DNA from: Podarcis tiliguerta
Lineage: Eukaryota
Assembly (NCBI GenBank): GCA_965153285.1
Contig: OZ229114.1
Reading direction: 5' to 3' (one strand)
DNA: 64,000 nucleotides
Shown: one piece after another, positions 1-12,094 of the stretch
Layout of the letters: every line of letters starts with the position of its first letter
Position numbering within the stretch: the first letter of the stretch is position 1
The notes under the pieces: model-generated
The model's input: the letters and a program-made list of their open reading frames with translations, nothing else
What the model was told of the DNA's origin: nothing
The model's database searches: none
Program-made: the position numbers and the translations under genes

Positions 1-259
1 AAATAAACAAATCAGCATTGTTTGTCTCTTGTGCTTTTTATTTGTTTGTTTGAAAATCTCAACCCTCCCCGTTCTTCTAGAGCAGTTTATATTAACATAG
101 GTGCCTGAATAATATTGGCACTCCCCTTGTTTTATTAGTATACATTTGCCTTGTTCACAGTTTTATTATTCAAGAATTCGGTTGTTGCCAAGTATTAATC
201 AATATATTATGCTGCTCAGTTGGGCAAGCTGTACGAAAACATAGTGCCCCTAGGGTTAA

Positions 260-407
260 NNNNNNNNNNNNNNNNNNNNNNNNNNNNNNNNNNNNNNNNN
301 NNNNNNNNNNNNNNNNNNNNNNNNNNNNNNNNNNNNNNNNNNNNNNNNNNNNNNNNNNNNNNNNNNNNNNNNNNNNNNNNNNNNNNNNNNNNNNNNNNNN
401 NNNNNNN
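260..407. other. Assembly gap (N run)
   Basis: 148 consecutive N. Confidence 0.99.
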
Positions 408-1778
408 AGGGTAGATTTTGTGAAAGACAATACACAGGCCAGCTATTACCACATACAATAGTACCAGGGAAGAAGAAGAAAAAATATCTGAAATGAGCAA
501 GGCAGCTGGCTTTTAAATAGCTAAAACATAACATCAATACTTATTTTGAATAATGGAAAAAAGAGGTAAAAGATGTTGACCTCTGCCTGACAATAACATG
601 TTCCAAAAGTAGAACTGGTCTCCAGGGACTATTCCTGCACTCCACAGTAGCCACTACAATTTCCTCCCCCCTCTCTTTTTCTCCCTTGTTTTTTGCCCTT
701 TCTCCTCCTCTCGCTCTCTCAAAAAGATAAATATTTTTTGAGCATTTAAACATTATGGACAACCGGCCAGAAAAAGAAAAAGAAAGAAAGAATTTTCACA
801 AATTCAGGAAACACTTGAGAGGTAAAACCAACATCCTGAGACAGGAGACAGGCCAGCTTTTGACACCAAGGTTGGACCTGGGAGGCCTAGCAAACCCTTC
901 AGCCAGGAAGTTCTTGCCACAGAGGTCAGGGCTTCGGGGACCTCGCGTGAAGGCAAACGGGAACAGAACTTTCCATGCACCATCAAAACCAACAGGCCTT
1001 TTCATGGGAAATTTGCTGGAAATTTGCTGATCTGCATTAAACATTGATGAGATTTAGAGAGTAAGAGCCTTTCCCTCAACTTCTGGTGGCTCACAGGTTC
1101 ATGCCGTTTTAAGTAGTGAATTATATAACATATGCAGGAATTTGAAAGGTCTCCGAGGCCTTTAAACCCATTTTTCTCCTTAACATGTGATCCGCACGGA
1201 AAATTATCAATACATCACTCCACGAGATTCATTCAATTTGCTCAGATTTGTTAAAACTTTATTCTGAGAGAGCACTGGATAATGCTTCATTTATTATTGA
1301 TGCCCCATAAATGTATTAAAACATTAACCATATTTCTCCGCCATGGCATACTTCAATTCTCACGGGGTTGTGGGGGTGCAGAGGGGTGGGAGAAGTCCAA
1401 ATGTTTCTGCGACTGCTACTTTAGTTTCCCCAAGGAGGGAGCGTATTTGTGTTGTGCTACACCTTTAAGTGTTGATTAGGCTTTCATGTTAAGGTGACGG
1501 AAGTGTCATGCCGTGTTTCCCTTTAATGGGGTAATAAGCTGCATCAGCCACATGAAGGAAACGTTCCTTTTCAAGTCAAAAATGGCAAAAAAAAAAAAAA
1601 AGAAGAAGTTTGTGTGTAAACACGAAAAAGGCATTCTCCTCTTACTTCAGCTTAACTTGGGGAGATAAGCTGGGGCGGGGGGGGGGGAGTTGTGTGAATC
1701 TGGAACAAGCGTTTTGCCCTCCTTCTGATACTAACATTCCCTATGAACTTCTCAGCATGTCATATACAACTCGACTGA

Positions 1779-1780
<2 letters not shown>

Positions 1781-1823
<43 letters not shown>
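1781..1823. repeat. (CT)n microsatellite
   Basis: Perfect CT run. Confidence 0.97.
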
Positions 1824-1827
<4 letters not shown>

Positions 1828-2397
1828 GAAAGATTTTCTGTCATTTAAGCAAGAAAATAGAAGAAACGAGCTTAGTATTTTAAAATCCAAACAGTCAGAT
1901 AACCCCCCTAATTTCTATGTTACTATTGAGAGAGAGTAGGTTATTTAAGTTTGGTGTTCATTTGGGGGGGGGGGGGCGAATCGTTTTATTCTTTTTCTTT
2001 GCTTCATTTTGGAATAGTGGGGGAGATATTTTTTGGTCATAAATGCCTCCTGTTCCCCCCTGCCACACCCTGTTTCCCCCAGCTATCATTATTGGGTAAC
2101 AATTGGTGCAAACATTATGGTGGGGGGGAAAGGGACATAAATCAAGAAATAAAAAAATAAAAAAATAGTTTCTGCACATTTTCAAAAAACACGTCGTGCT
2201 CTCTGAGGTCCTTTTCATTTTAACCAAATCAGGGGGAACTTGTCCTCACAGCGGCAAGGCAGATGGAACAATAAATCACAGGAACCATTGACTGCCTGCA
2301 GTGTACTCTCCACAGCTGTCACTTTTGTGTCTCTTTGGTTTTAGCTGACATGGTATGAGGTCCACTGTGAACCAATCTGGACTTTTTTTTTTTACAG

Positions 2398-2491
2398 TCA
2401 TATCCATCAAAACGACCAGTACCCATCAACCTACTGCCGCGATCGATTCGTTTGCTTATTCTCACGCATAAGCCAATACTCAGCTCACTAG
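2398..2491 (+). other. Candidate non-coding exon, antisense to the inferred minus-strand unit
   Basis: Acceptor ttttttttttacag|TCATATCC and donor CACTAG|gtgagg, 94 nt, CpG-retaining, TE-free context; no transcript evidence. Confidence 0.35.
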
Positions 2492-2719
2492 GTGAGGCTT
2501 CGGAGAAGCACCTCATTTTGGGGAGGGGTTTGCCTCTAGCTACAGCTGTGATTTTCTGCGCATTCTTGGCTAACGTTATTAAAGTTGCATCACGATAGAT
2601 ATAGAGCAAAGCAGATAACACAGGCTTTATGTGGAAGAGCAGGGATATATGCAATAATGTCACTTGGCAATTGTTGGCTGTTGCAAATGTTTCTTTTTCA
2701 GTTGCGTCAAGATGCTTAC

Positions 2720-2927
2720 CAAGCATTGAGTTTACAACTCGTTGTTGATTTTACAAAGTAAACAAGCAAATGTTATGTGCATAACCTTAGCTGTCTTTGT
2801 AAAGGTCAGAACGTACTTGCTAATTTCTCTTCCTGCCTTTTGGTGGCACTCTGATGCCAGCGATCGCCTCCAGTGTGTTTTGGAAACAAGACGTCCTTTC
2901 TTAACAAAAGACTCAATCTACAAAAGA
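2720..2927 (-). other. Candidate exon ending ATG CTT G| (5' leader or first coding exon of an unidentified gene)
   Basis: Minus strand: acceptor ttttttgttttgcag|TCTTTTG at 2927; consensus donor AATGCTTG|gtaagc at 2720; TE-free block. Confidence 0.45.
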
Positions 2928-3327
2928 CTGCAAAACAAAAAATTGATTAAATGTGAACTGTTGGAGGAAAGTTTACTTGGTGTAAAAAAAGAAAAAGAAA
3001 AAGCCCTGCAAGCACTAAATAGCAGGTCAGCTGTAATTTGGGCTAAAGGTTACATTATACACACAGTGATTGCATATTCATGTTGGCTAAATGAAGATTT
3101 TCTTGTTCAAACTCAAATACTAAAGGCATAACATGTGAATATAAAGATATGGAATTCATGTGAGGCTGAAGCACCTTATATTATTTTTAGACAAGAGTTA
3201 ATCTAAACATGGCCCTTTGATTCCTTTTTTTTTTTTTTTTTGGTTAAGTAGATGTTTCTTGGACTATTGTAAACATTAGAACAATTTTTAACAAATCATG
3301 TTTGTGAGCAATGTGGAAGTAGAGGAC

Positions 3328-3371
<44 letters not shown>
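3328..3371. repeat. (GT)n(AT)n compound microsatellite
   Basis: Direct reading. Confidence 0.95.
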
Positions 3372-3965
3372 TCACACATTTTAGCACAAATACACAGGCA
3401 TTATTTTTGAAAGCTGTTTTCGAAACCTCTGCTTAGGTCAAGTTAAATTTATTGTATTTTATATTGCTGAGCTCCATGATTTTGAATTGAGGTGACAGCT
3501 GAAAAGCACCAGAAACTTTTAGAATTTCAGAACTATATATTCCTATAAAGGAAGAAATTAAAGTCCCACTCCTAGAAGGCAAGTAATTGCATTTTAAAAA
3601 CACAAACTTAAAAGAAGCATAACAAAACACCCCTTTCCCTCTTATAGATTTATGTTAAGAAAATACTTTTTCCATATGTGGACAATTCATGCACACTGCT
3701 TGTAGTTTAAAAAATCTCTTTAAAATATATTTTTTTGCATGATAACATGAAGATGTTTGGTCTTGCTTTCTGTAAACTATATTCCCACCCGCTTTTTAAA
3801 AAAGCCTTTGATGAGTAAGTGTTCCAATGAAATATCATTAGTGAACCTAGATATAGCAAGCCCAGATTCATGATGAGAAAGGATGAGCAACAAAAATTGC
3901 CTCTATTTCCATACAAGGAAGGGAGAACTTGGGATAGGTGGGAAAGTTGATTTTAAAAAAGTCCA

Positions 3966-4002
3966 ACTACTACTACTACTACTACTGCTAATAATAATAA
4001 TA
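3966..4002. repeat. (ACT)n(AAT)n compound microsatellite
   Basis: Direct reading. Confidence 0.9.
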
Positions 4003-6009
4003 AACCTCTTAAGTTTAACCAAATCATTATTATATGTTTTTATCAGTGCTGTTGCATGAACCGAAAGACACTGTTATAGACCAAATGGTGCCTTCCTTTA
4101 CAAACTACAAAATTCCAGTGATTTCACTCATAGCTGTCAATGATAGGCAAATTGAAAGTAATTGAAAGCAGGGTGTAAAGCAAGCAACATCCTATTGGAG
4201 AAACTGATTCTAGTACAACCAGTGGCTCTTTAAAAACCTGAATAAAGGAACACTCCATTCTGAGTATGTAAACATGCCGTCAAGCAAAGATATATGAAGC
4301 ATCACAAGCTTCTGTTGGGTGCAAATAAAAGTTAGCAACTGTGAGCTCTTCCTGGAGTCATGGATTCTACTGCTGCTATTCACAAAACAAAACAAAACAA
4401 AACACCCATCCTTTGAGCTCAACATACATTTTGGCAAAATAAGGACTGCAGAATATAACATGATGAGAAACGGACTTTCAGTGAAGGCCTTAAGTCACTA
4501 ATGTATATAAAAATAAGATCTACAGATGGGAAAGGTCAACAGTCCCGAAATATTTCCATTTTGAAATGAGCACATTTTAGAACTGGTTTTCTGGGATAAA
4601 GCGTAGTTATCTTTATAAATAAAGATCTCTCTGTATGTTAGTCCTAACAGCAACAGAAATTAGTATGTTTTCTATGAATCTTTCCCCCCAATTTGCATTC
4701 AGCAAAAGTGCAGTTGCAGCCAAAAATCCTGCAAGGGGGAAGACTGACAAGGAAATTTCTTCATTGGCTCGGTATGATAAATTTGGATGGCTCGTAAAGT
4801 CTAAGCTAGCAGTTGCAGCTGTTTCTTTTCTCAAAAAGCTAATCTTGCAAATACTATTGTACACATGCTTAATTTGGAACACTCAATCTCACAATTAGCT
4901 CGTGTTTTTTTAATATTCAAATGACTTCACAACATCTCTGTTTACAGTATATATGCCTTCTATAAAGGAAATGCCCCAAATTCATCCCAGTAAAATTTCA
5001 AGCTGCTTTCTGCCTATATTTTGAGCATTTCTTTATCTGTTCTAGTTTTTGAAAAATCCAGTATATTGCCTATGAAATCTGTTTTTCCTTTAAAAGCTAT
5101 GATTCTTAAGAAATGCACAGTAAAGTGTATGATGCCAACATTTGTCTGAACAGGACCACAATTAGAAATGCATTTATACTGAAACCTATAATTTTTTATA
5201 ATGTGATGCTTTGTTTTCATTTTTAAATGAGAGGGGAGAGAGAGAGTCTAATCAAATTACAGTTGAAAGCAGAGGAAACTAAACTTTGTATATATTAAGA
5301 CATGGTGCTATCAGGGCAGGTTTTAGGACAGAAGTCAATGTAGCCACTCTACAAAATAAGTCACCCCCCCCCCCCAAAGGCAGCATGCCTGGCTTTATCA
5401 CATTTTGAAATTAATTATTGCACATTACAATCTAAAGAGTGAAGGGAGGGGTGTATGATCATGAAGTCCAGAGTCTTCACTGTGCCACTGATATTAAGGT
5501 TGGACATCCTATTCCTATCACCTTTTTATGATCTGGGTCACAATAGCATTTATTCCATCTTCTGACTGGTCAGCTTTGCTCCTAGGTTGTGCAAGAATAA
5601 GGAACTATGGCTCCTGGTTTTAATGTTTGGATGAAGTGTAAGATCACAATGGTGTCATATAGAAAATACCCCGTGGGGTGAAGCTGCTAGGATTATGGCC
5701 ACTGCTACTTCAGTTTGAGGGTCAGGAACAGAAGATGGAGACCAGAGGACCCTTATAACAAATGCCCCGGCATGGTCAAAGAAAGGGGCAAAATAGTCAT
5801 TTATTTCGGCATCTTGTTCTGAATGGTGGTAAAACTGGGGCAGCAACTCAACTGTCTTAACAAAACTGCATAATTAAGAAATGAAATTTTATTTCACTGG
5901 GTTTGATAATATTTGAAAGGTTTATAGGAGAGGGTTTTTTTTTCTTTCTTTAGTGGTTGTCATCTGGGACAACTAGACTTGCTGATTTTGCTTTCTGGGT
6001 GTTCTCTTA

Positions 6010-6013
<4 letters not shown>

Positions 6014-6040
<27 letters not shown>
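6014..6040. repeat. (GT)n microsatellite
   Basis: Direct reading. Confidence 0.95.
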
Positions 6041-6044
<4 letters not shown>

Positions 6045-6348
6045 AGAGAGAGTGAGTTAGTTTACAGGTTATTAACCCTAAATGTTGCTGACACATTTAA
6101 AAGGTTGAGTCTTAGGGAAAAGTGTAAGATTGACATATATGAATACTGATTAAGCAAGTTCAAATGATTAAGGAAAACAGGGCATTCCACAGTAATGTCC
6201 TTAACTAAAACTATTTGGGGGGGGGGTAAGTAGTAACTAATTGCATCTGTTGGCTGAAGGTGGAGCAGGTTTAGCATTTCCATTATGTTACAAAATTAAC
6301 AGTTATTAATTGCTTATTTTGGAGTCATTTCTTTGAAAAATTACTCAC

Positions 6349-6598
6349 AGACTTGTATTGGTATTTTATTCTTTTTCACTACGGAAGAATTGTTGCACAG
6401 AACATCAAAACATTTCAAATGATACAAGAGCTATATTTAGCTTGTTATCAATGAAATTCCAGCAGGGATCTGCATCTTTTACAACGCCCCATGCATCTGC
6501 GGGAAGAATTTTAGACATCTGTAATTGCTCTGCCTTTCCAGTATGGCTTTGGGGTATCAAGTGCTACTTTATTTGAATATCATAAGTAGCGAGTTGCT
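6349..6598 (-). other. Candidate non-coding exon
   Basis: Minus strand: acceptor ttttttgtttttgtttctttgcttag|AGCAACTC at 6598; donor AAGTCT|gtgagt at 6349; only short ORFs. Confidence 0.4.
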
Positions 6599-6930
6599 CT
6601 AAGCAAAGAAACAAAAACAAAAAACCAGCACACACACACACACACACAAACATGTCAGTTGCCCAGGTGACATTTTGTAGCAAACAAGGAAATCACAACT
6701 CCAGGAAGTGTTGTATTTTATGCCAACAACAATATGACAGTTTTCTCTGTAAAGAAAACATGACACTTTTCCAAATATCAGAGGATGCCTCCGCCGCTCC
6801 AGGGATTCCTGTACTGTCACTGAAATGGAAGGTCACAGGCTGGCTTCATGATTTCTATAGTTTCAAAATGTTGTGGTAGAGCGTCTCCACGCTAAATGCT
6901 GTAGGCTAAGGGAAATCTCTTCCTTCATCT

Positions 6931-7025
6931 CTGAAAGGAGTGACAGGAAGAAAAAGGTCCCGCTTTGACAGCAGTAACCTCTAGGTCTGGAGGTGCTGGC
7001 CCTAGCAACTCTGAAGTGAAATTAC
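6931..7025 (-). other. Candidate 95-nt intron in a minus-strand leader
   Basis: Donor ACATAG|gtaatt at 7026/7025; strong acceptor cctttttcttcctgtcactcctttcag|AGATGAAG at 6931/6930. Confidence 0.4.
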
Positions 7026-7084
7026 CTATGTTAATATGTTGTTGTCTCTGTCTGGTATATAAATACACACATACGTGTGTGCGT

Positions 7085-7136
7085 GAGAGAGAGAGAGAGA
7101 GAGAGAGAGGAGGAGGAGGAGGAGGAGGAGGAGGAG
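7085..7136. repeat. (GA)n(GGA)n polypurine microsatellite
   Basis: Direct reading. Confidence 0.95.
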
Positions 7137-9263
7137 AGGGGGGAGAGAATGTGCCTTGTGCTCTTAGAGAACATACTTTGAAAGCTACGGGAAGGAAATG
7201 TATTCGAAAACTCTGTTCTATAAGCAGCGCTTCCAGAAAGCATTGGGCTTGGTTTATTCTCAGCTAGCCTAACCAGGTGGAAAGAAGGCCGGCTTGAATA
7301 ACTGTATCCCCTCTTGGAAAGATAACCCTAGTGTTTAGAGGGCTGTGACAAAAGTCATGGACACGGACAGTTGCTCCATACATTTCTAGTCAATTCATGA
7401 GAGGAAGGGAAAGCAGGGTTCTCTGTATATATACTGACACTTCCTAAATGTTGCGGCTGGATTTGTGTTTTTCCCCCCGGGAAGGGGTGGAAACAAGTGA
7501 GCATAGGCAATCACTGTTGATGACGCTACAGAAACACACAGCAAAATCAGAGGGACACTTCCTGTCGTCAGGCTGGAATGTATCCTGAGGTTTCGACTTC
7601 AGTGCCGCCAGTCCCATCCAAAGCAAGGCAAAAGTCTCTGAAATCCATTTCTCAGAAGACGTGAATTTTCTCTTTCCAACCCTCAAGAGTCAAACTGCTG
7701 TTTGGCACACCGAGGCATAATTGAATGAATAACCTGCTGGTTGCTTAAAGCCAGAAAAGAAAAAAAAAGATTTCAGAATATGGAAAGAATTGAAACCCAT
7801 TTGTTCCTAGTGTTCCTCCTCTCTCCAAAGCACTCAGATCAAAACACACCTTACTCTATAGATTATATACTTCCTGCTGCCCATTTTATAAGCAATAAGA
7901 ATTTAATAACTGAGGGCAACTCTATAGTAATATTTATATGGGTCAAGTGGCTTAAAGAGTATGCAATAAATGTAACATTATGAACCACATTGCCCCTTTT
8001 TAAATAATGCAGCTTGAACCACGGTATTATGTTTCATATTCTGGGGGAAAAAGGTGTCTCAGCATACGCTTTTGGAATACAACAGACATGAAAAGTTATA
8101 CTGATCCCATAATAAAATCACTGCCTGTTTAATATGGTGTGTTATGTAGAGCTCCAGATCTTAATAGCAGACCACAGCAAGAATGTCCCAGATGATATCA
8201 ACAAAACCTTCACTTTCTCATTAGCAATCAGCAAATTCTCCTGGTGTCTGCTAGTTTCAAATAAGGGCAAGTGCCTCTATGCCTTGTGTGAAGCCCAATA
8301 GGATCATAGAAATAATGTAGTCTAATCAGCAGTGAACACACGAGAGCCGGCATTCATAACAGAATGAAGGGAGTTTGGTGACTCCTATTCAGCAGCTTTT
8401 AACAGTTTCCAACATTCTGAAAAGGAAGCCTGCCATGTTGGTAGGAAGTGGAGAATGGAAGATTTCTGCCCTTTACAGCTTGCCCTAAATGTCTTATTCA
8501 TCTATTGTGATAGGAGAAAGCATGCCATTATAAGTGACTGGGTGAAGTAGTGGCAAGAGCATATCTCCAAATATTTAAGAATAATATGCATTGTGCGTAT
8601 CATTGGTGTTCTGAAATGCAAATAAGTCCTTGTAGTAGTAGTTAGAAAAGGTGTTTCTTTCAGAGGACAGTGAACTTTTGTGATAGTAAAGCTATAACAC
8701 AGAAAAGTTATTGATGCAAAATATAAACACATAAACACACACGCACGCACGCACACACAAACAAATTCTTCTAGCTGTGATCCTCAAATAACTTTTTGTG
8801 GAATGCATGATGGCAGATCGAACATTTGCAGCACTGTGGCCTACAGGTATATATTTCTGTTAATTACATTTCCTCCAGGGTAGCAAACATGATCCTCCCT
8901 CCACCACTCCCAGTTTTACCTTCACATGCCTGTGAAACAGTTTAGCCTGAGAGTTTTTAGGTCAGATTTGTCCTGTGAGCATCATGGAAGTCAGGAGCTG
9001 CTGTAGCAGAACCAGGAAACTTTGATTTGATGTGATTCTATGTGCAGCTGCACCTATATGTAGAAGCTGGTAAACTACCAGAGCTTGGAACATCTTCCAG
9101 GGAGTGGTGTATTTTCATGATCCAGACTGAGATCCTGGCCATTAGACCTTCCTGAACAGGAAAGGTGCTGAAAGGCTCCCTCTTTTCAGACGCGACTTTG
9201 CCTTAACAGCAAGATCTTCCTGGCTTAGAGGTTTTTGTGTATTTCTCGTGTGGTTCCTGGTTG

Positions 9264-9400
9264 TAAGAATGTAAGAAGAGCCACGGTGGATCATTCCAAA
9301 GGCCCATCTAATCTAGCATCCTGTCCTCATGATGGTCAACTGCCTATGGGAAGCCCATAAGAAGGACCTGAGTGCAAGAGCCTTCTCCCCAATTGTGGTT
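9264..9400 (-). mobile_element. CR1-type LINE 3' end fragment
   Basis: taagaatgtaagaagagcc..ggcccatcta.tctagcatcctg..cctatgggaagccc resembles the reverse complement of a squamate CR1 3'UTR with TTCTTATG-like tail. Confidence 0.65.
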
Positions 9401-9426
9401 GCAATTATACAGAGGCAATACAAACA

Positions 9427-9546
9427 TGGGCATAGCCTGGATTTGGGGGGGGGTGCAGAATCTCCGTTAGCTATGTATTTTTATTGATTTTTATTGATTT
9501 AGTGGGGGCAGCTGCCCCTCCCTGCCTCCCCTTGGATCTGCCTCTG
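9427..9546. mobile_element. Degenerate short MITE (Harbinger-like termini)
   Basis: Ends ggggcatagcc.. and ..ggatctgcctctg are decayed GC-rich inverted termini. Confidence 0.45.
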
Positions 9547-10148
9547 ATCCAACTCCTGGTCTTGTTCTCCAGGCCTTGCACCCTGATGTTGACTACTTGG
9601 CTAAACTTTTGGGTGCCGACACCTACCTACAGCTCAACCTTAACAATGGCTGAATGTAGATTTGAATTTGACCATATACCTCTTAAGGTGCTATCAGACT
9701 CCACTTTGTTTTGCAAGTCACTGCAAGCCTTACCACTACTGGCCTGCCATTTTATTATGTGGTAAGCACAAGTCTTGCCATGTTTCTTTCAAATCTGCAG
9801 TAAGTACTGGGGGCATGTACTTTTCTATTGGTTTTGGGCATACCCTTATAGCATTTCTGGTCCTATGAATAAGGTTATTACAACCTCTGGGTATCCTTTG
9901 GGTAACCTATGGGATCCTTATCAAACTCGAAGAATACAACACTGACTTGCTGTTTCTTAATAGTACACTCAAGGCAAGTTTCAGTGCTACTTGTGCTTTA
10001 GGCAGAATAACTATAGTTTGGGTATTGCGATAAAATCCCTAGAGGTTAGCCTGAATCCCCCCAGGCTCTAGACTGGGCAGTTGTGACTATAAACGATTAC
10101 TTCAGAACAATTGATTTGTGCTTATAGAATATCCCTGTCCCTTTACTA

Positions 10149-10284
10149 CAGGCTTCCTCAACCTTGGCCCTCCAGATGTTTTGAGACTACAATTCCCATC
10201 ATCCCTGACCACTGGTCCTGCTAGCTAGGGATCATGGGAGTTGTAGGCCAAAGACATCTGGAGGACCGAGGTTGAGGAAGCATG
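10149..10284. mobile_element. hAT-type MITE with 8-bp TSD
   Basis: TIRs caggcttcctcaacct / aggttgaggaagcatg; internal palindrome ccagatgt..actacaattcccatc / tgggagttgtag..acatctgg; exact TSD CTTTACTA at 10141-10148 and 10285-10292. Confidence 0.92.
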
Positions 10285-11321
10285 CTTTACTACATAAGGG
10301 CATGTCTAGACTGGGGACTCGGCTACATTAGTAAAGAAAAAGCATTTTATATATAACACTGTGACAACAGATGGCACTGTGGAGTCCCATCTTTTGCCAA
10401 CGTGATTTTGCACTATGAAGGTTAGAACGCATTTTCCTGAAACACTTTTTTGATGTGTCTAGCTCCAGCCTGGGTTTTGCAATGGTTGGTTGCACTGAAT
10501 CAGTATGTCTGACCCCTAGAAGGCCCTTGGGACATATCGGTCCTTGTTATGGTTAGGGATAGTCTGAAAATACTAAAAGGTACTGCATAGCACTATATCC
10601 AGGTGCTAGCTGTAATTTCTTTGGCTGAAGTACCTCTACCTAGCACTTTTGATTTAGTCTTGGAGGTGACTGGGAGAAGTTGCTACGCAAACACTGCGAA
10701 CTTTCTCACATAGAAGGATATATACATGTCAGAGCCTGAGGCAATCAGGAAAGCAAGAAGCCATGGTTGTCAAAATGTGAGGCAATCCTCTCCCAGGATA
10801 TATGGGCAGTTGCTCTGGGAAGCTGAGATGGGCCTCGCTCAATATTTTGCATGCTCCTTTACATGATCAGGAAATGGACCAAATGCTTACCCCTTGGGCT
10901 TGGTGCACTACTGACTGCCATGTTGACTGGCTGGTCTAATGAGGTACCTGGCTATTTTTCATGGGATTTTTAACTGTTAAAAGGTGCTGCAAGATTTCTT
11001 CAGGACTATTCCAGCACAATAAGAATAACAATAATCTAACTGGAAATGCTTCCTTCCATCTGTTTTGATTTCCCAAGCCTTGCAGCATCCCTTGAGCTAC
11101 TTAGGTAGAGCAGAACTGAAATTATGATTTGAGCAGGGAATTCCTGATGTCATGCAGGCCTCATAATGCTAATGTGGATATGGGGTGTGCGCACAAAAGA
11201 GAGTTAGCTTATGAGGAGGAGGTGATTAACCTTTCCTGGGTTCAAGACAGTTTACATACAATACAACAAAACAGAAAACAGGAAAGTAAAAGAACAACAG
11301 GCAATTGTAGCGCAAGCTCTG

Positions 11322-11560
11322 CAGGGCTGGCCCAAGACATTTTGTGTCCTGGAGCAAATTATAGTGCCCTCTTCCCATTCCACATACAGAAGCTGATTGG
11401 ACTGACAGCTGCATCGTACTTCAACACAGATGATGGGGCAGCAAGCTTCATTACACCTGAGGCACCATGTCAGTTTCGAGGGCCCGGGAGAGGTCATGCT
11501 GCAACAGAGGGGAATGGCTGAAGGTCTGAGGAAGAATAACCAGCTGCTATGCTGGCCCTG
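11322..11560. mobile_element. MITE with CAGGGC(C/T)GGC termini (Harbinger-like)
   Basis: cagggctggc ... gctggccctg CpG-decayed TIRs; related ends near 15203-15500 and 58640-58705. Confidence 0.55.
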
Positions 11561-11679
11561 TGCATCTGCTGCCTCAGATGGTTGTCTCACTGTATAATGG
11601 TAGAGCCAGTCCTATCTAGATGTTGATGACTTTACTTGTGTGTAATGGTGATAAATAGAGCATGATTGGTACAGTAGCG

Positions 11680-11850
11680 TCTTACATGGAGAGGTGGTCT
11701 CTAAGGCATGTTTGTTGCAGGCCATGAAGATATCAAACGAGCATTTTGAACTGGGCCTGGAAAGGCACAAGCAGCCAGTCTGGTTGCTGAAGAAAATGTT
11801 GGGTATGTCCTCACTTGTCTGCACTGTGGTTATCAGGAGGAATGCTGCAA
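11680..11850 (-). mobile_element. L2-clade LINE fragment
   Basis: gagaggtggtctctaagg..gcattttgaactgggcctggaaa..gcagccagt resembles the reverse strand of the L2 ORF2 3' region. Confidence 0.5.
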
Positions 11851-11867
11851 CATTATGGGTGGCAGCA

Positions 11868-11965
11868 AACTAACTTTTACTCAGAGCAGACCCACCCAAA
11901 TTAATGAATATGGCTAAATTATGTCCATTAATTTCAATATGTCTACTCTGGGGTAAAATGCCACC
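11868..11965. mobile_element. Short palindromic interspersed repeat
   Basis: ttttactcagagcagac..aaattaatg / cattaatttc..gtctactctggggtaaaa arms; similar fold-back relics at about 14110-14230, 26860-26920 and 30155-30225. Confidence 0.65.
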
Positions 11966-12094
11966 CTATCCAGTCAACGTCAAGGGCAGTGCCATGAAAA
12001 GTATTGTTGAAGATAAGGATTGTGCAGACACCTCTATTCTGAAAAGGGTTGGGACCTTTGGAACAGGTGCAGTTGATGAAATGCACAGCCAGTA

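Noticed and set aside
170-537. ORFs spanning the first N gap (likewise 31257-32162)
   Set aside because: They are open only because N codons contain no stops
2319-2726. 135-aa minus-strand ORF (MLGKHL...)
   Set aside because: It reads through a consensus splice donor after codon 2 and through a poly-A run; no recognisable domain
11129-11590. 130-aa and 112-aa overlapping ORFs
   Set aside because: They overlap a MITE and have no protein family features
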